From Candidatus Saccharimonadota bacterium (lineage in GTDB: Bacteria; Pseudomonadota; Gammaproteobacteria; Enterobacterales; Enterobacteriaceae), in assembly GCA_049942775.1 (NCBI GenBank), contig CP188087.1, positions 30,001-62,000 of the forward strand: a DNA stretch of 32,000 nt. Reading direction: 5' to 3'. A model generated the notes under the pieces. It ran no database searches and was not told the DNA's origin. It worked only from the letters and a program-made list of their open reading frames with translations. How positions within the stretch are numbered: position 1 is the stretch's first letter; each line of letters opens with the position of its first letter. Positions 30,681-32,000 of this stretch are shown here, piece by piece. A program made the position numbers and the translations under genes.

Positions 30681-30938
30681 TTATTCTGTTTGTAAAATTA
30701 ATTTTTCTAGTTTTTCAATAGCTAATTTTTCATCGTTTCCTTCTGCAGTTAAAATTATTTCGCTATTTTTTACTATTCCTAAAGTTTGTAATTTATATAA
30801 ACTTTTTGCATTTACGGATTTTCCTTGAAATATTATATTTATATAAGAATTAAATTTTTTGGCTTCTTTTACTAATTTTGCAGCAGGACGTAAATGCATT
30901 CCGTGTTTGAATCTTATTTTTATTTTTTTTTCTAACAT
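30681..30938 (-). CDS. ptsH: Phosphocarrier protein HPr
   Basis: HGMHLRPAAKLVKEAKKF keeps the His15 context, and GKSVNAKSLYKLQTLG keeps the Ser46 context. The length is 85 aa, as in E. coli HPr. An AGGA Shine-Dalgarno lies 9 nt upstream. Confidence 0.95.
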   Translation of the reverse strand: MLEKKIKIRFKHGMHLRPAAKLVKEAKKFNSYINIIFQGKSVNAKSLYKLQTLGIVKNSEIILTAEGNDEKLAIEKLEKLILQTE

Positions 30939-32000
30939 AATAATTAATCCTAAATTTTATTAATTTTTTTGATTTTTTTTAAATGTTATTAAATTTTTTA
31001 TTTTTTTAAATCGGTTTACATATTAAATAAGTATCTATGAATTAAAAAATTTTTAAATTTCTTAAAATTTTTTTTTTAATAAAAAGGAAGAAACAATTCA
31101 TTTTTTGTTTTTTTGAAACAGTATTATTTTAATTTGAATGAATTTTTAATGTAAGTTTTTTATTTTATGTTTTCTAATATCAATTTTCAATCCCTGTATT
31201 ATTAGAAATATATAATAACTTTAGTTAGATTTAACAACTATTGAATTTATCCATATTTGATTGCAAGTATCTTTCTTTGTGAATTTAATAGATAATTGTA
31301 ATTATTATTCTTATTGATTAGATTGTATAAAAGTATAAATTTTTTCATATATTTTATATTTTATACTAAATTTTAAAAATTATTTTATTTGATGAGAATA
31401 AATTATTTGTCAGAATTTAAATAATTTATATTTGAATAATCTATATATAAATCAATTTACAGATACTTGTATTTGCAATTTTTTAGTAAAAACTATTTTT
31501 TTTTAAATTTTAGAATAATTTTATAATTATGAAAACAATGTTTACTTAAAATTAAATTGTATTTTATTTATATGAATAACTAGTTTGAATGAGTATATTT
31601 TGTACTAAATTATAATTTAGGTTATAGAATTTTGTTTTTTACAGTTAACAATATCAGTTTAATTTATTAATCACTATTAATGGTTTATTATTAAAAATAG
31701 TTTTTTTTTATACTTTTTTGTAAAAAACTGGTTTTTAAATTTTTTATTTAAAATTTTTTACAATGAACTTTTTATATAGAAATCTAATTTTTTATGTATT
31801 TAATTTTTTATAAATAATTTAAAATTATACTGAAGAGAAGTAATGAATTCAATTAATAATTGTAAACTCATTTTTTTAGAAACTAATTTGAAAATTAATT
31901 TAATATTATAAATTTAATTAAAAAAAATATTAAATTATTTGTTATTAAAATATTTTTTGTTTTCAATGTGAATGTTATGAAAAATATAAGAAAAAAAATA

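Noticed and set aside
31185-31205. A minus-strand translation fragment, IIQGLKI, that resembles the CysK motif KIQGIG; a possible cysK relic.
   Set aside because: Only three residues match and a stop codon lies 7 codons upstream. The flanking translation shows no CysK similarity, so by-eye evidence is too weak.
31247-31255. TTATCCATA, an 8/9 match to the DnaA box TTATCCACA, inside the long terminal spacer; a possible origin element.
   Set aside because: It is a single imperfect box with no cluster of boxes or adjacent 13-mer-like array. This is expected by chance in AT-rich DNA.
31264-31469. A distant inverted repeat, CAAGTATCT (31264-31272) and AGATACTTG (31461-31469), each next to TTGCAA, in the terminal spacer.
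   Set aside because: Only 9 nt are contiguous and the arms are about 190 bp apart. There is no further extension without gaps, so it is plausibly coincidental.
31977-32000. ATGAAAAATATAAGAAAAAAAATA at the extreme right edge; possibly the start of a plus-strand gene continuing outside the window.
   Set aside because: Only 8 codons are visible, with no clear Shine-Dalgarno and no basis for homology. It cannot be supported from this window.

Overview
The window is extremely AT-rich, with G+C well under 30% by eye (not computed). It is densely packed with conserved gammaproteobacterial housekeeping genes. The order is: purH (partial) < rpoC < rpoB < rplL < rplJ < rplA < rplK < nusG < secE < tRNA-Thr/Gly/Tyr/Thr; metF >; < argE; argC > argB > argG > argH >; < rpoD < dnaG < rpsU; tsaD >; < ribB; cca >; < crr < ptsI < ptsH. 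The window ends in about 1 kb with no ORF. Every protein aligns almost end to end with its E. coli ortholog as I recall those sequences. The composition, the blocks of E. coli-like synteny joined by deletions, the A/T homopolymer load and the Lys/Ile/Asn/Phe-rich proteins point to a reduced insect endosymbiont. It is most like Buchnera aphidicola from memory of that gene order, which I cannot verify here. I found no mobile elements, CRISPR array, defence or toxin genes, or unassigned multi-gene cluster, so I cannot support a novel system in this window. The points worth a second look are small. (1) A tandem triplication of about 42 bp covers the tsaD translation-start context and a promoter-like motif. 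(2) The cca gene keeps its nucleotidyltransferase head, but the HD phosphohydrolase signature residues appear to be replaced, and two of the four neighbouring tRNA genes lack an encoded CCA. (3) Long ORF-free spacers sit where E. coli synteny places cysK, tufB and bacA/uppP. (4) A few GC-containing hairpins stand out against the AT background: an rplL-rpoB attenuator candidate, an inverted repeat overlapping the rplJ Shine-Dalgarno, and hairpins between convergent genes. (5) Many in-frame A10-A11 tracts lie inside essential genes. Several ORF-track starts are upstream alternative-codon extensions, and I corrected them by homology (rpoB, argH, rpoD, tsaD).
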